Shown: piece by piece, positions 35,496 to 46,187 of the stretch | Layout of the letters: the number at the start of each line of letters is the position of its first letter | How positions within the stretch are numbered: position 1 is the first letter of the stretch | Position numbers and translations under genes: made by a program | The notes under the pieces: model-generated | Database searches by the model: none | Told to the model about the DNA's origin: nothing | The model's input: the letters and a program-made list of their open reading frames with translations, nothing else | Source: an uncultured Gemmatimonadaceae bacterium | GTDB taxonomy: Bacteria; Gemmatimonadota; Gemmatimonadetes; Gemmatimonadales; Gemmatimonadaceae | NCBI GenBank assembly: GCA_963761305.1 | Contig: CAVXGK010000001.1 | Location: forward strand, 1,536,001 to 1,600,000 | Reading direction: 5' to 3' | DNA: 64,000 bases

Positions 35496-38400
35496 ATGGG
35501 ACGCCGGATTCTCCTTGCGGTCATGTCGCTGGTCGCGACCGCAGCCGTTGCCACGGCACAAACTGGCGGACGGATCGCCGGTAAAGTGACCGCCGTCGAG
35601 GGGCGCCCGCTGCTGGGCATCAACATTTCCGTTTCCGGAATGAACCGCAGCGCGGTGTCGGACACCGGCGGGCGTTTCATCATCGCCAACGTTCCGGCGG
35701 GGCCTCACACCGTCCAGGCGCGCGGCATCGGCTTCGGTTCATCGACCACGACGGTCTCGGTGGTCGACCGTCAGACTGCCTCGGTGACCTTCGCGCTGAC
35801 GGCGACCGCGACCGAGCTCACGCCGATGGTCGTCACCGGCTATGGCGACCAGGAGAGACGAGTCGTGACCGGCGCCTTCAGCACGGTCACGTCGGAGCAA
35901 CTCCAGGACATTCCAACCAGCGACCCGCTGAAGGCGCTCCAGGGGCACGTCGCCGGTGTCGAGATCGTCGCGTCGACCAATGAACCCGGCGCGGCGATGA
36001 ACGTGCGCATTCGCGGCGTTCGGTCGCTCACCGCGAGCAACGAACCGCTCTACGTCGTCGACGGTGTGCCGCTCGGTGGCAGCCTTCAGGATTTCAATCC
36101 GGCGATCATCGAGTCGATCGACGTCCTCAAGGACGCGGCGGCGACGGCGATCTACGGAAGCCGAGGCGCCAACGGCGTCATCCTCGTCACGACGAAGAAG
36201 GGCGGACTGGACGGAATTCACACCCAGTTCACCGCCGACATGTACTACGGCGACCAGCAGCCCGTGCGCCTCGTGCAGATGATGAACCTGCAACAGTACG
36301 TGAAGTACATGCAGGACGGGGCGGCCGCGGTCGGGCAGGACACGAGCATCGCCCACATCTTCAGCACGAAGCAGCAGCTCGCGATCAAGAACGACATCAC
36401 GACCGACTGGCAAAAGGCCGTGCTGCGCACCGGCCTGCAGCGAAGCCTTCAGGGCGGCGCGAACGGCGGGTCGGGCGATACGCGCTACGCGCTCAACGGC
36501 AACTACTTCGGCCAGCAGGGCCTCATCCCCGGCCAGGGTTACACGCGCGGGTCGGCGTTCGCGACGATCGATCACACGTCTGACCGCCTCCGCGTCGGCC
36601 TCACCGCCAACTCGTCGCGCATCATCACCGATCAGGGCGAGGGCGTGTCGGCGTACAACTACGTGCAGGCGATGACGCCGCTCGGTAAGCCGACGAATTA
36701 TACGAATCCTGATTCAGCCGGCTTGCTCGACCCGCGCCCCGACGACGATCCGCTCAACATCAATCCGGTGCTCGAGGCCCAGTCGGTCACGCGCCAGCAA
36801 GTCGTGAACCGCGTGTTCGGATCGGCCTTCGCCGAGTTGAACATCACCAACGGGCTCACGTACCGAATGAATTTCGGGCCGGACTACACGGCGCTCAATG
36901 ACGGCTGCTACAACGGGCCCTGGACGCACGGCACCTGCGCGAACCTCGGCGCGAACAGCTCGAACCAGGGACAGCCGCCGCAGGCTGGTGACTTCAACCA
37001 GGAAGACTTCACGTACACGCTCGACAACATCCTCCGGTTGAACAAGACGATCGGCGGGATTCACCAGTTCGACATCACGGGCTTGTACAGCATTCAGCAA
37101 GATCATTTCACGAAGGATTCGCTCTACGCGACGAATCTTCCGTACACGACGCAGCTCTGGTACGACCTCGGCTCCGGAACGGCGGGCAACGAAGTGAGCC
37201 GGATCTCGCAATGGCAGATGGAATCGTGGATGGGTCGCGTCAACTACACCCTGTTCGATCGCTATTCGATCTCGGCGACCGAGCGTACCGACGGATCGAG
37301 TCGCTTGGCGCCGGGGCACAAATGGGCGGCGTTCCCGTCGGTCGGTCTCGCCTGGCAGCTCGGCGACGAGCCGCTCATGCGCAATCTGAATTGGCTCAGC
37401 GCGCTGAAGCTGCGCGGCAGCGTCGGCACGACCGGCAACACGGCGATCGCGCCGTATCAGACGGAAGGCACGCTGCAGTCGCGCCTCTACACGTTCGGCA
37501 CGACGCGCGTGAGCGGGTACATGCCGGGAACGATCCCGAACCCGGATCTCTCGTGGGAGAAGACGAAGCAGGCCGACGCGGGCCTCGACTTCGCGATCTT
37601 CAACAGCCGCATCTCCGGCACGTTCGACTACTACTCGATGCGCACGTCGGCGCTGCTGCTGACGGAGCTTCTGCCGGTGACGTCGGGCTTCACCCAGACG
37701 CTTCAGAACGTCGGCGCGACGAAGAACACCGGATATGAAGTGTCGTTCACGACGGTGAATCTGCACAACTGGCGCGGCATCAGCTGGACGAGCGACTTCA
37801 ACTGGTCGACGAACAAGAACTCGATCACCTCGCTCGCCAGCGGCGCGACGCAGGACATCAACAACGGCTGGTTCGTCGGACAACCGATCAACATCAACTC
37901 CGATCCGAACCGCCGAGTCTTCTACGACTGGAAGTACGTCGGTGTGTGGCAGTACGCCGACTCGGTGGCGATGAAGGCGTTCAACGCCAACGGCAGCTCG
38001 TTCAAGGTCGGCGACCCGCGCGTGGCCGACATCAACCACGACGGAAAGATCGACGCCAACGACCGCACGATCGTCGGCAACAGCTATCCCGGCTGGACCG
38101 GCAGCATGTCGAACCGCGTCACCTTCCACAACTTCGACCTATCGGCGCTGGTGACGGCGAAGTGGAACTTCCTGTTCATCGACGGTTTGCCGCGGGCCTA
38201 CAACGGCCGCTTCGGCAACATCGCCGACATGGACTACTGGACGCCGACGAATCCGACGAACAAGAATCCGGCCCCGAATGTGGGCGGCACGGATCGTCTG
38301 TACGCGAGCACACGCCTCTACACCGACGGCTCCAACTGGCGCATCCGCAACATCACGGCGGGCTACACGCTGAACCCGCGCGATGCCCAACGGTTCGGGT

Positions 38401-38534
38401 TGCACAGCCTCCGCTTCTACTTCACCGCGCAGGATCCGTACATCAACTCGAGCTACCAGGGCTTCGATCCCGACGTGGGCGGCGCGCTCCCGACGATTCG
38501 CACGCTGCTCCTCGGCACCAACATCGTTTGGTAA
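35496..38534 (+). CDS. susC: SusC/RagA-family TonB-dependent transporter
   Basis: ATG after GGAGG. VVTGYG, IRGVRS, PLYVVDG, IDVLKDAAATAIYGSRGANGVILVTTK, DGSSR, FPSVG and NPDLSWEKT motifs. Terminal W. Confidence 0.95.
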   Translation: MGRRILLAVMSLVATAAVATAQTGGRIAGKVTAVEGRPLLGINISVSGMNRSAVSDTGGRFIIANVPAGPHTVQARGIGFGSSTTTVSVVDRQTASVTFALTATATELTPMVVTGYGDQERRVVTGAFSTVTSEQLQDIPTSDPLKALQGHVAGVEIVASTNEPGAAMNVRIRGVRSLTASNEPLYVVDGVPLGGSLQDFNPAIIESIDVLKDAAATAIYGSRGANGVILVTTKKGGLDGIHTQFTADMYYGDQQPVRLVQMMNLQQYVKYMQDGAAAVGQDTSIAHIFSTKQQLAIKNDITTDWQKAVLRTGLQRSLQGGANGGSGDTRYALNGNYFGQQGLIPGQGYTRGSAFATIDHTSDRLRVGLTANSSRIITDQGEGVSAYNYVQAMTPLGKPTNYTNPDSAGLLDPRPDDDPLNINPVLEAQSVTRQQVVNRVFGSAFAELNITNGLTYRMNFGPDYTALNDGCYNGPWTHGTCANLGANSSNQGQPPQAGDFNQEDFTYTLDNILRLNKTIGGIHQFDITGLYSIQQDHFTKDSLYATNLPYTTQLWYDLGSGTAGNEVSRISQWQMESWMGRVNYTLFDRYSISATERTDGSSRLAPGHKWAAFPSVGLAWQLGDEPLMRNLNWLSALKLRGSVGTTGNTAIAPYQTEGTLQSRLYTFGTTRVSGYMPGTIPNPDLSWEKTKQADAGLDFAIFNSRISGTFDYYSMRTSALLLTELLPVTSGFTQTLQNVGATKNTGYEVSFTTVNLHNWRGISWTSDFNWSTNKNSITSLASGATQDINNGWFVGQPININSDPNRRVFYDWKYVGVWQYADSVAMKAFNANGSSFKVGDPRVADINHDGKIDANDRTIVGNSYPGWTGSMSNRVTFHNFDLSALVTAKWNFLFIDGLPRAYNGRFGNIADMDYWTPTNPTNKNPAPNVGGTDRLYASTRLYTDGSNWRIRNITAGYTLNPRDAQRFGLHSLRFYFTAQDPYINSSYQGFDPDVGGALPTIRTLLLGTNIVW

Positions 38535-38569
38535 CCGGCCTCTCCAACTTCACATACGAGAATATTCAG

Positions 38570-40396
38570 ATGAAACGCATCCTGATCTCGACCGTGACGC
38601 TGGGGCTCGTTGCCGGAGCCGCCAGCTGCACGAATCTCGACGAACATCTGATCACCGGCGTGAGCAGCCAGTACTACTCCACGCCCGACGGTCTCAACTC
38701 GGCCGTCACCGCGAGCTACAGCCAACTGCGCGGCATCTACGGCCGCGAGCAGCTGCTCTCGGTCATGCAGGTCGGCACCGACACGTGGATGGCCGCCGAC
38801 CAGTCCGGGTCGAACAATAAGGATTTCGACAACTACGGCGGTGGTTTGAGCAGCAGCTCGGCGCCGCCGATCGAGATCTGGCAGCCGTCGTATCAAGCGA
38901 TCAATACGCTCAACGCGGTGCTGGACCGCGGACCGAACGCCACGGGCATTTCGACGATCGTCAAGAATTCGCTGCTCGGCCAGGCGCACTTCCTCCGCGC
39001 GCTCAACTACTTCAACCTCGTGCAGCAGTTCGGCGACGTCACGCTGGCGCTCCACGAGAATCAGGGCGTGCAGCAAAGCGCCGTTCGAGACTCGGCGGCC
39101 AAGGTGTACCGCTCGATCATCGCCGATCTCGATTCGGCGGTCACGCTGCTCCCGGTCACGCAGTCCGATCTCGGACGCGCGACACAGGGTGCGGCGCAGG
39201 CCCTGCGCTCGAAGGTGTACCTCACGCGCGCCTACAAGCCGTACTCGCCGAGCGGTCAGGCCGACTTTCAGGCGGCCCTCGCCGACGCGAAAGCCGTCAT
39301 CGGCTCGGGCATGTACAGCCTCGAGCCCGTGTTCGCCGATCTCTGGTGCGTCGCACGGCCGGCCGATCCGGGCCGCACTGGCTTCTGCGAGAACACCGGG
39401 TACCAGCAGAACCACAAAGAATTCATCTTCGCCGTGCAGTTCTCGTACGACCTCACGCAGTACGACGCCGACAACGAGTACAACTATCTCCACCTCGTCT
39501 ACCTCGGACAGTACGACAACAACGGCGTCTGGCAGGGCACGCCGCGTGACCTGAACAACGGCCGTCCGTTCCGCCGTCTCATGCCGACGCCGTACGAGCT
39601 GAGTCTGTGGAACAAGTACATCGGCACGCCCGGCGCGAGCGACATTCTCGACACCCGCTTCGACGCCACGTTCCAGACGACGTGGATGGCCACGGTCGCC
39701 GCGAAGAACGCGGCCGGCACGTGCAATGGCACCACGCAGAACAACTGCACGAGCGGTGCGCAGCTGAACATCGGCGACACGGCGGCGGTGTACTACACGT
39801 ACGGCGTGCCCGTCTCGCAGCGGCAGAGCAAGGCCTACATGATTCTCACGCCGTGCCCGACCGACCAGGTCGCGCAGCCGACCGCCGCGACGTACTGCGG
39901 CGACCGCAACGGCGCGAACGACGGCTACCTCAACTGGCAGCGGTACCCGTCGCTCAAGAAGTTCCAGGACAACCTGCGCGCCAACCTCACCGCGCAGCAG
40001 GGCGGCAAGACGCAGGTGCTCATGCGACTCGGCGAGATGTACCTGATCGCCGCCGAGGCGGACGTGCAGTTGGGCAACACGGCGGAAGCGGCGGCGATGG
40101 TCAACGTGCTGCACCAGCGCGCGGCCAGCCCGGCCCACAAGAACGACTACAACGTCACCGCCGGGCAGATGAACATCGACTACATCATGGAAGAGCGAGA
40201 ACGCGAGCTGGCCGGTGAGTTCAGCCGGTGGCCCGACCTCGTTCGCGTGGGCGCGCAGTACTTCGTGAACCGCGCCTTGAAGTTCAACCCACACGCCACG
40301 CTCGTGTCGTTGAAGAACGCGCTGCGGCCGATTCCGCAGTCGCAGATCGACGGCGTGATCATCGGGCCGAAGTACCCGCAGAACCCCGGGTACTGA
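38570..40396 (+). CDS. susD: SusD/RagB-family surface glycan-binding lipoprotein
   Basis: Lipobox AASC. AHFLRALNYFNLV..FGDV, MRLGEMYLIAAEA, ERERELAGE, RWPDLVR, RPIPQ and QNPGY motifs. Confidence 0.93.
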   Translation: MKRILISTVTLGLVAGAASCTNLDEHLITGVSSQYYSTPDGLNSAVTASYSQLRGIYGREQLLSVMQVGTDTWMAADQSGSNNKDFDNYGGGLSSSSAPPIEIWQPSYQAINTLNAVLDRGPNATGISTIVKNSLLGQAHFLRALNYFNLVQQFGDVTLALHENQGVQQSAVRDSAAKVYRSIIADLDSAVTLLPVTQSDLGRATQGAAQALRSKVYLTRAYKPYSPSGQADFQAALADAKAVIGSGMYSLEPVFADLWCVARPADPGRTGFCENTGYQQNHKEFIFAVQFSYDLTQYDADNEYNYLHLVYLGQYDNNGVWQGTPRDLNNGRPFRRLMPTPYELSLWNKYIGTPGASDILDTRFDATFQTTWMATVAAKNAAGTCNGTTQNNCTSGAQLNIGDTAAVYYTYGVPVSQRQSKAYMILTPCPTDQVAQPTAATYCGDRNGANDGYLNWQRYPSLKKFQDNLRANLTAQQGGKTQVLMRLGEMYLIAAEADVQLGNTAEAAAMVNVLHQRAASPAHKNDYNVTAGQMNIDYIMEERERELAGEFSRWPDLVRVGAQYFVNRALKFNPHATLVSLKNALRPIPQSQIDGVIIGPKYPQNPGY

Positions 40397-40410
40397 CGCT
40401 CATGGAGGGG

Positions 40411-42726
40411 ATGGTCTCCACCGCCAGCGGCGCGCCGTACCAGGACGCGTCGCTGGCGGTGGAACAGCGGGTCGCCGATCTCCTGTCGCGCATGTCGCTC
40501 GAGGAGAAAGCGGCGCAGATGATGTGCGTCTGGCAGCAGAAGGCTACGACGCTCGTCGACGCGCGCGGCGAGTTCGACCTCGCCAAGGCACGCGCGTCGT
40601 TCGCCCACGGGCACGGCATCGGCCAGGTCGGCCGGCCGAGCGACGCCGGCGGCGGACGGACCGCGCGCCAGCAGGCCGATCTCACCAACGCGATTCAGAA
40701 GTTCTTCATCGAAGAGAGCCGGCTCGGCGTTCCCGTGATCTTTCATGAGGAATGTCTGCATGGCCACGCCGCGCCCGGCGCGACGAGCTTTCCGCAACCG
40801 ATCGGGTTGGCGGCGACGTTCAATCCTACTCTGATAACGGCGCTGTACACCATGACGGCGCTCGAGGCGCGCGTCCGCGGAACCCACCAGGCGCTCACGC
40901 CGGTCGTCGACGTGGCGCGCGACCCGCGCTGGGGACGTGTCGAGGAAACGTTCGGCGAAGATCCGTATCTCGTTTCGCGCATGGGCATCGCCGCCGTTCG
41001 CGGCTTCCAGGGCGACGCCACGTTCCGCGACAAGACGCGCGTCATCGCCACGCTCAAGCACTTCGTCGCGCACGGACAGCCCGAGTCGGGCATGAACTGC
41101 GCCCCCGCGAACGTGTCCCTCCGTGTCCTGCGCGAGACGTTTCTCTCCACGTTCGAAGCGGCGATCCGCGAGGCGGGCGCGCTGAGCGTGATGGCGTCGT
41201 ACAACGAGGTCGACGGCGTTCCGTCGCACGCCAACCGCTGGCTCCTGCGCGACGTGCTGCGCGACGAGTGGGGCTTCGAGGGATCCGTCGTCTCCGACTA
41301 CAACGCGATCTGGGAGCTCTCCGATCGCCCCGAGACGCACGGCCACCACGTGGCGCACGACAAGCGCGAAGCGTGCCTGCTCGCCGTCCGTGCCGGGGTG
41401 AACATCGAATTTCCTGAACCTGACTGTTACCTCAATCTCATAGAACTGGTCCGCGACGGCGTCCTCGAGGAGCGCGAGCTCGACGACCTCGTGGCGCCGA
41501 TGCTGCGACAGAAATTCGCGCTCGGCCTGTTCGACGATCCGTACGTCAACGCCGCCGAGGCCGAGCGCGTCGTCGGCTGCGACGCGCATCGGCAGCTCGC
41601 GCTCCAAGCGGCCCGCGAAACGATCACGCTGCTCAAGAACGACGGCGACCTGCTGCCGCTCGACCTGCGCTCCATTCGCACCATCGCCGTCATCGGCCCG
41701 AACGCGAATCGCAGTCTCCTGGGCGGCTACAGCGGCGTCCCGAAGTACGACGTCACCGTGCTGCAAGGCATCCGCGACTTCGTGGGCGATCACGCGCAGG
41801 TGCTCTACGCCGAAGGCTGCAAGATCACGCGCGGCGGCTCGTGGAACGCGGACGAGGTCGTCGCCAGCGATCCCGCCGAAGATCGCAAGCAGATCGCCGA
41901 CGCGGTGAAGGTCGCCAAGAAGGCGGACGTGATCGTGCTGGCGATCGGTGGCAACGAGCAGACGTCGCGCGAGGCGTGGAACCTCCGCCACATGGGCGAC
42001 CGCGCGAGCCTCGATCTCCTCGGCCGCCAGAACGAGCTCGTCGCCGCGATGATCGCCACGGGCAAGCCGGTCGTCGCGCTCGGGTTCAACGGACGCCCGT
42101 TGTCTTTCACGCATCTCAGCCGGACCGTGCCGGCGATTCTCGAGTGCTGGTACCTCGGCCAGGAGAACGGGCAGGCCGTCGCCGAAACGTTGTTCGGCGA
42201 GAACAACCCGGGCGGTAAGCTGCCGATCACCGTCGCGCGTTCGGCCGGACACCTGCCGGCGTTCTACAACCACAAGCCGTCGGCGCGGCGTGGATATTTG
42301 TTCGACGACGTGTCGCCGCTCTACGCGTTCGGGTTTGGCTTGAGCTACACGACCTTCGCGCTGTCGAACGTTCGTCTCGACGCCGACACGATTCATCCCG
42401 ACAGATCGACCACCGTTCGCGTGGACGTCAAGAACACCGGCGAGCGCGCGGGCAGCGAAGTCGTGCAGATGTACATCCGTGACGTCGTGAGCTCGGTGAC
42501 GCGTCCGGTGAAAGAACTGAAAGGCTTCGCCAAGGTGACGCTCGCGCCCGGGGAATCCACCACGGTGGCGATTCCAATCGCGCCGAGCGCGCTGGCGTTC
42601 TACGACATCGACATGCGCCGCATCGTGGAACCCGGTGAATTCCGGATCATGGTCGGCACGTCGTCGCGCGACGAAGATCTCACGACCGTCGTGCTCCGCG
42701 TCGACGGTTCACCCACGCACTCATAG
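40411..42726 (+). CDS. GH3 beta-glucosidase/xylosidase, no signal peptide
   Basis: EECLHG, RDPRWGRVEETFGEDP, KHF, VVSDY, LLKN and GLSYT motifs with a C-terminal Fn3-like domain. The start is 40402 or 40411. Confidence 0.93.
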   Translation: MVSTASGAPYQDASLAVEQRVADLLSRMSLEEKAAQMMCVWQQKATTLVDARGEFDLAKARASFAHGHGIGQVGRPSDAGGGRTARQQADLTNAIQKFFIEESRLGVPVIFHEECLHGHAAPGATSFPQPIGLAATFNPTLITALYTMTALEARVRGTHQALTPVVDVARDPRWGRVEETFGEDPYLVSRMGIAAVRGFQGDATFRDKTRVIATLKHFVAHGQPESGMNCAPANVSLRVLRETFLSTFEAAIREAGALSVMASYNEVDGVPSHANRWLLRDVLRDEWGFEGSVVSDYNAIWELSDRPETHGHHVAHDKREACLLAVRAGVNIEFPEPDCYLNLIELVRDGVLEERELDDLVAPMLRQKFALGLFDDPYVNAAEAERVVGCDAHRQLALQAARETITLLKNDGDLLPLDLRSIRTIAVIGPNANRSLLGGYSGVPKYDVTVLQGIRDFVGDHAQVLYAEGCKITRGGSWNADEVVASDPAEDRKQIADAVKVAKKADVIVLAIGGNEQTSREAWNLRHMGDRASLDLLGRQNELVAAMIATGKPVVALGFNGRPLSFTHLSRTVPAILECWYLGQENGQAVAETLFGENNPGGKLPITVARSAGHLPAFYNHKPSARRGYLFDDVSPLYAFGFGLSYTTFALSNVRLDADTIHPDRSTTVRVDVKNTGERAGSEVVQMYIRDVVSSVTRPVKELKGFAKVTLAPGESTTVAIPIAPSALAFYDIDMRRIVEPGEFRIMVGTSSRDEDLTTVVLRVDGSPTHS

Positions 42727-42740
42727 CCCAAGGTCGCGAC

Positions 42741-44291
42741 ATGGCCGCGTCTCAATCGACGGAGCGACTCGGGTTCATCGAGAAAGCTGGATACAGCCTC
42801 GGCGACGCCGCGGCCAACTTCGTCTTCATGACGATGATTCTGTTCCAGCTGAACTTCTATACCGACACGATGGGCGTCGCCGCCGCGGTCGCCGGCACGA
42901 TGCTGCTCGTCGGCCGGCTGTGGGACGCGTTCTTCGATCCGATGATGGGCGTGCTCGCCGACCGCACCAACACGCGGTGGGGAAAGTTCCGGCCGTGGGT
43001 GTTATGGACCGCGGTGCCGTGGGCCGTCGTGATGGTGCTCGCGTATACCGTGCCCGGTTTCGGCTACACCGGCACGATCGCCTGGGTCGCGATTACGAAC
43101 GTCGCCCTCATGACGCTCTACTCGGCGAACAACACGCCGTATTCGGCGCTGAGCGGCGTGATGACCGGCGATTCGAACGAACGGACGTCGCTCTCGTCGT
43201 ATCGGTTCGTCGCCGCGATGTTGGCGCAGCTGATAGTCGGCGGATTCACGCTGCCGCTCGTCGCCAAGTTCGGCCACGGAAACAATGCGGTCGGGTGGCG
43301 CATGACGATGACGCTGTGGGCGGCCGTGTGCGTCGTCTGTTTCATCATCACGTTCGCCACGACGCGTGAACGCATCCAGCCGCCGCCGCAGCAGAAGACC
43401 GACGCGTGGGCCGACATCAAGAACCTGTTCGGCAACGGACCGTGGATCGCGATGTTCGTGCTGACGCTGTCGCACTTCGTTTTCGTGGCGATGCGCGGCG
43501 GCACGATGTTCTACTACTTCAACTACTACGTCGACCAGGCGCACCTGTTCGACTTCCTGCAGCGCCTCGGCTTGCCGCAAGCGACCGCCGCACAGCCGGA
43601 CGGCGGCCACTATCTGATGAACGTGTTCGGGCTGATCCTCGCCGCCGACCGCTCGAACGTCGCGTCGGTCGGGTTCAGTCTGTTCAACATCGCCAGCCAG
43701 GCGATCACCGTCGTCGGCGTAATCGCGTCGACCTACTTGGCGAAGGCATTCGGCAAGCGCGCCGTCGCGCTGGTGGGCTTCTCGCTGACGACGATTTTCC
43801 TCGCCGCGTTCGTTCTCCTTCCGGCGGGCTCGATCGAAGCGACGTACGGACTGGAGCTCGTACGCGCGCTCGCCTACGCGCCGACGATTCCGCTCATCTG
43901 GGCGATGTTCGCTGACGTCGCCGACTACGCCGAGTGGAAGACCGGGCGGCGTACGACGGGCGTGGTGTTCGCGACGATTCTGTTCGGTCTCAAGACCGGC
44001 CTGAGCCTCGGCGGCGCGATCGCGGGGTGGCTGCTGTCGGGCTACGGCTATCGCGCCAACGCCACGCAGACCGAGCACGCGCTGATGGGCATTCGGCTCA
44101 CGGTGAGCGTGTATCCGGCGCTCTTCCTCTGCGTCGTGGTCGGCTGCCTCCTCTTCTATAGAATCACGCGCTCGATGAGCGAACAGATGGCTACCGAGCT
44201 GGAGCAGCGTCGACGCGCGTACGGCGGTGTGTCGGCGCCTGACACGGCGGTCGGAACGAGCGGAAAGGGTTCCCTTGCCATCCTCAAATGA
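42741..44291 (+). CDS. GPH-family glycoside-pentoside-hexuronide:cation symporter (candidate xylo-oligosaccharide importer)
   Basis: EKAGYSLGD, DPMMG..ADRTNTRWGKFRPW and ADVADYAEWKTGRR motifs. Confidence 0.9.
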   Translation: MAASQSTERLGFIEKAGYSLGDAAANFVFMTMILFQLNFYTDTMGVAAAVAGTMLLVGRLWDAFFDPMMGVLADRTNTRWGKFRPWVLWTAVPWAVVMVLAYTVPGFGYTGTIAWVAITNVALMTLYSANNTPYSALSGVMTGDSNERTSLSSYRFVAAMLAQLIVGGFTLPLVAKFGHGNNAVGWRMTMTLWAAVCVVCFIITFATTRERIQPPPQQKTDAWADIKNLFGNGPWIAMFVLTLSHFVFVAMRGGTMFYYFNYYVDQAHLFDFLQRLGLPQATAAQPDGGHYLMNVFGLILAADRSNVASVGFSLFNIASQAITVVGVIASTYLAKAFGKRAVALVGFSLTTIFLAAFVLLPAGSIEATYGLELVRALAYAPTIPLIWAMFADVADYAEWKTGRRTTGVVFATILFGLKTGLSLGGAIAGWLLSGYGYRANATQTEHALMGIRLTVSVYPALFLCVVVGCLLFYRITRSMSEQMATELEQRRRAYGGVSAPDTAVGTSGKGSLAILK

Positions 44292-44301
44292 GCGCCGTCG
44301 C

Positions 44302-45441
44302 ATGAAGCGCGCGTGGCTGGCGCTGGCCGTCGTCGGCGCCGGGTGCCTGCACCCGAGCACATCGCCGAGTGTCGGCGCGGGGTCGACGACGCTCAAGGGC
44401 GCGTTTGCCGGCTCGTTCCGTGTCGGCGCGGCGGTCAACGAACGCCAGTTCACCGGCACGGATTCGGTCGGCGCGACGCTGGTTCGCCGGGAGTTCAACA
44501 CGATCACGCCGGAGAACGCGCTCAAGTGGGAGAACGTGCACCCGCGACTCGGCGTGTACGACTTCGCGGCGGCCGATCGCTACGTCGATTTCGGCACACA
44601 CAACGGAATGTTTGTCATCGGGCACACGCTTGTGTGGCACAGCCAGGTGCCGCGCTGGGTATTCCAGGATGCCGCCGGCAACCCGGTGAGTCGCGACACG
44701 CTGCTCGCTCGCATGCGCGATCACATCTTCACCGTCGTCGGCCGGTACAAGGGACGAATCAATGGCTGGGACGTGGTGAACGAAGCGCTGAACGATGACG
44801 GGTCTCTTCGCCATTCGCCGTGGTACACGATCATCGGCGAGGACTACCTCGTGAAGGCGTTCCAGTTCGCGCACGAAGCCGACCCGGGCGCGCAGCTCTA
44901 CTACAACGACTACTCGCTCGACAACGCCCCGAAGCGCAACGGCGCCGTCGCGCTGGTGAAACGACTCCAGGCCGCCGGCATTCCGATCTACGCCGTCGGC
45001 TCGCAGAGCCACGACAAGATGGATTGGCCGAGCGTCGCGCAGGTCGATTCGACCATACGCGCGATCGGAGCGACGGGCGTGAAGGTGAACATCACGGAGC
45101 TCGACATCGATGTTCTGCCGCCTGCCACGCAAAATCGCGGCGCCGACGTCTCGCTGCGCGGTCAGGCGTCTCCCGCATCCAATCCGTACGCCGCCGGTCT
45201 GCCCGACTCGGTGCAACGCGCGCTGGCCGTCAGGTACGCCGACCTGTTTCACGTTTTTGCATCCCATCGGGCCGTCATCGACCGCGTTACCTTCTGGGGC
45301 GTAGGGGATGGCGACTCGTGGCTCAACGATTGGCCCGCCCGCGGACGGACCAGCTACCCGTTGTTGTTCGACCGCGGCGACCGCCCGAAGCCGGCGTTCG
45401 ATGCGGTGATGTCGGTGGCCGCCCGCGCAATCGCGCCGTAG
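44302..45441 (+). CDS. GH10 endo-1,4-beta-xylanase lipoprotein
   Basis: Lipobox GAGC. TPENALKW, GHTLVWHSQ, WDVVNE, YNDY and ITELD motifs; both catalytic Glu are present. Confidence 0.95.
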   Translation: MKRAWLALAVVGAGCLHPSTSPSVGAGSTTLKGAFAGSFRVGAAVNERQFTGTDSVGATLVRREFNTITPENALKWENVHPRLGVYDFAAADRYVDFGTHNGMFVIGHTLVWHSQVPRWVFQDAAGNPVSRDTLLARMRDHIFTVVGRYKGRINGWDVVNEALNDDGSLRHSPWYTIIGEDYLVKAFQFAHEADPGAQLYYNDYSLDNAPKRNGAVALVKRLQAAGIPIYAVGSQSHDKMDWPSVAQVDSTIRAIGATGVKVNITELDIDVLPPATQNRGADVSLRGQASPASNPYAAGLPDSVQRALAVRYADLFHVFASHRAVIDRVTFWGVGDGDSWLNDWPARGRTSYPLLFDRGDRPKPAFDAVMSVAARAIAP

Positions 45442-45458
45442 CCGCCGCCCTACTGGAG

Positions 45459-46187
45459 ATGTCCGATATGAGAGACGCATTCGCGCCCGTCCTGAAGCAG
45501 AGCTTGTCCGACAAGCTCGCGCAGCGGATCCGCGGCATGATTCAGAAGGGCGACTACGGCCAGGGCGATCGTTTGCCGCCGATCATGGAAATGGCCAAGC
45601 GGTTCGGCGTCGGCCATCCCACGATTCGCGAAGCGCTCAAGAAGTTGGAGACGATGGGCATCGTCGAGATTCGCCACGGCTCGGGCGTCTACGTGAGCCG
45701 CAGCGACGACGTCTTCGTGCTGGCGAGCCCCGACTACGCCGGCACCGTCACCAAGAAGCTGCTGCTCGATCTCATCGACGCGCGCATGCCGCTCGAGATG
45801 AAGTCCGTGGCCGACGCCGTGAAGAACGCGACGCTCGACGATCTGATCGAGATGCGACGGCTACTCAAATCGGCCGGCGACCACTTCGACAACGATATCG
45901 TGCTGAACGAAACCAACATGGGGTTTCACCGGCAAATCGCGATTGCGTCGGGGAACGCCGTGCTGCTGCAGCTGCTCGACGTGCTGCGCGAGCTCTTCAC
46001 CGAAGAACAGCGCCTGATCCTCGGCATTTTCGGCTCGCGCGAACGCGATCACCGCGAGCACCTCGCCATCCTCGAGGCGCTCGAGAACCGCGACGAGGCA
46101 CTCGGCGTCGAGCGCATGCGGAAGCACCTGCAGGGTGTCGCGGACTCCATCCATCGCTGGGATCAGGAGAACCACCCCGTCTCGTGA
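45459..46187 (+). CDS. GntR/FadR-family transcriptional regulator
   Basis: GDRLP...FGVGHPTIREAL...GSGVYV winged HTH followed by an FCD domain (FHRQIA..SGN, EHLAILEAL). The start is 45459 or 45468. Confidence 0.92.
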   Translation: MSDMRDAFAPVLKQSLSDKLAQRIRGMIQKGDYGQGDRLPPIMEMAKRFGVGHPTIREALKKLETMGIVEIRHGSGVYVSRSDDVFVLASPDYAGTVTKKLLLDLIDARMPLEMKSVADAVKNATLDDLIEMRRLLKSAGDHFDNDIVLNETNMGFHRQIAIASGNAVLLQLLDVLRELFTEEQRLILGIFGSRERDHREHLAILEALENRDEALGVERMRKHLQGVADSIHRWDQENHPVS

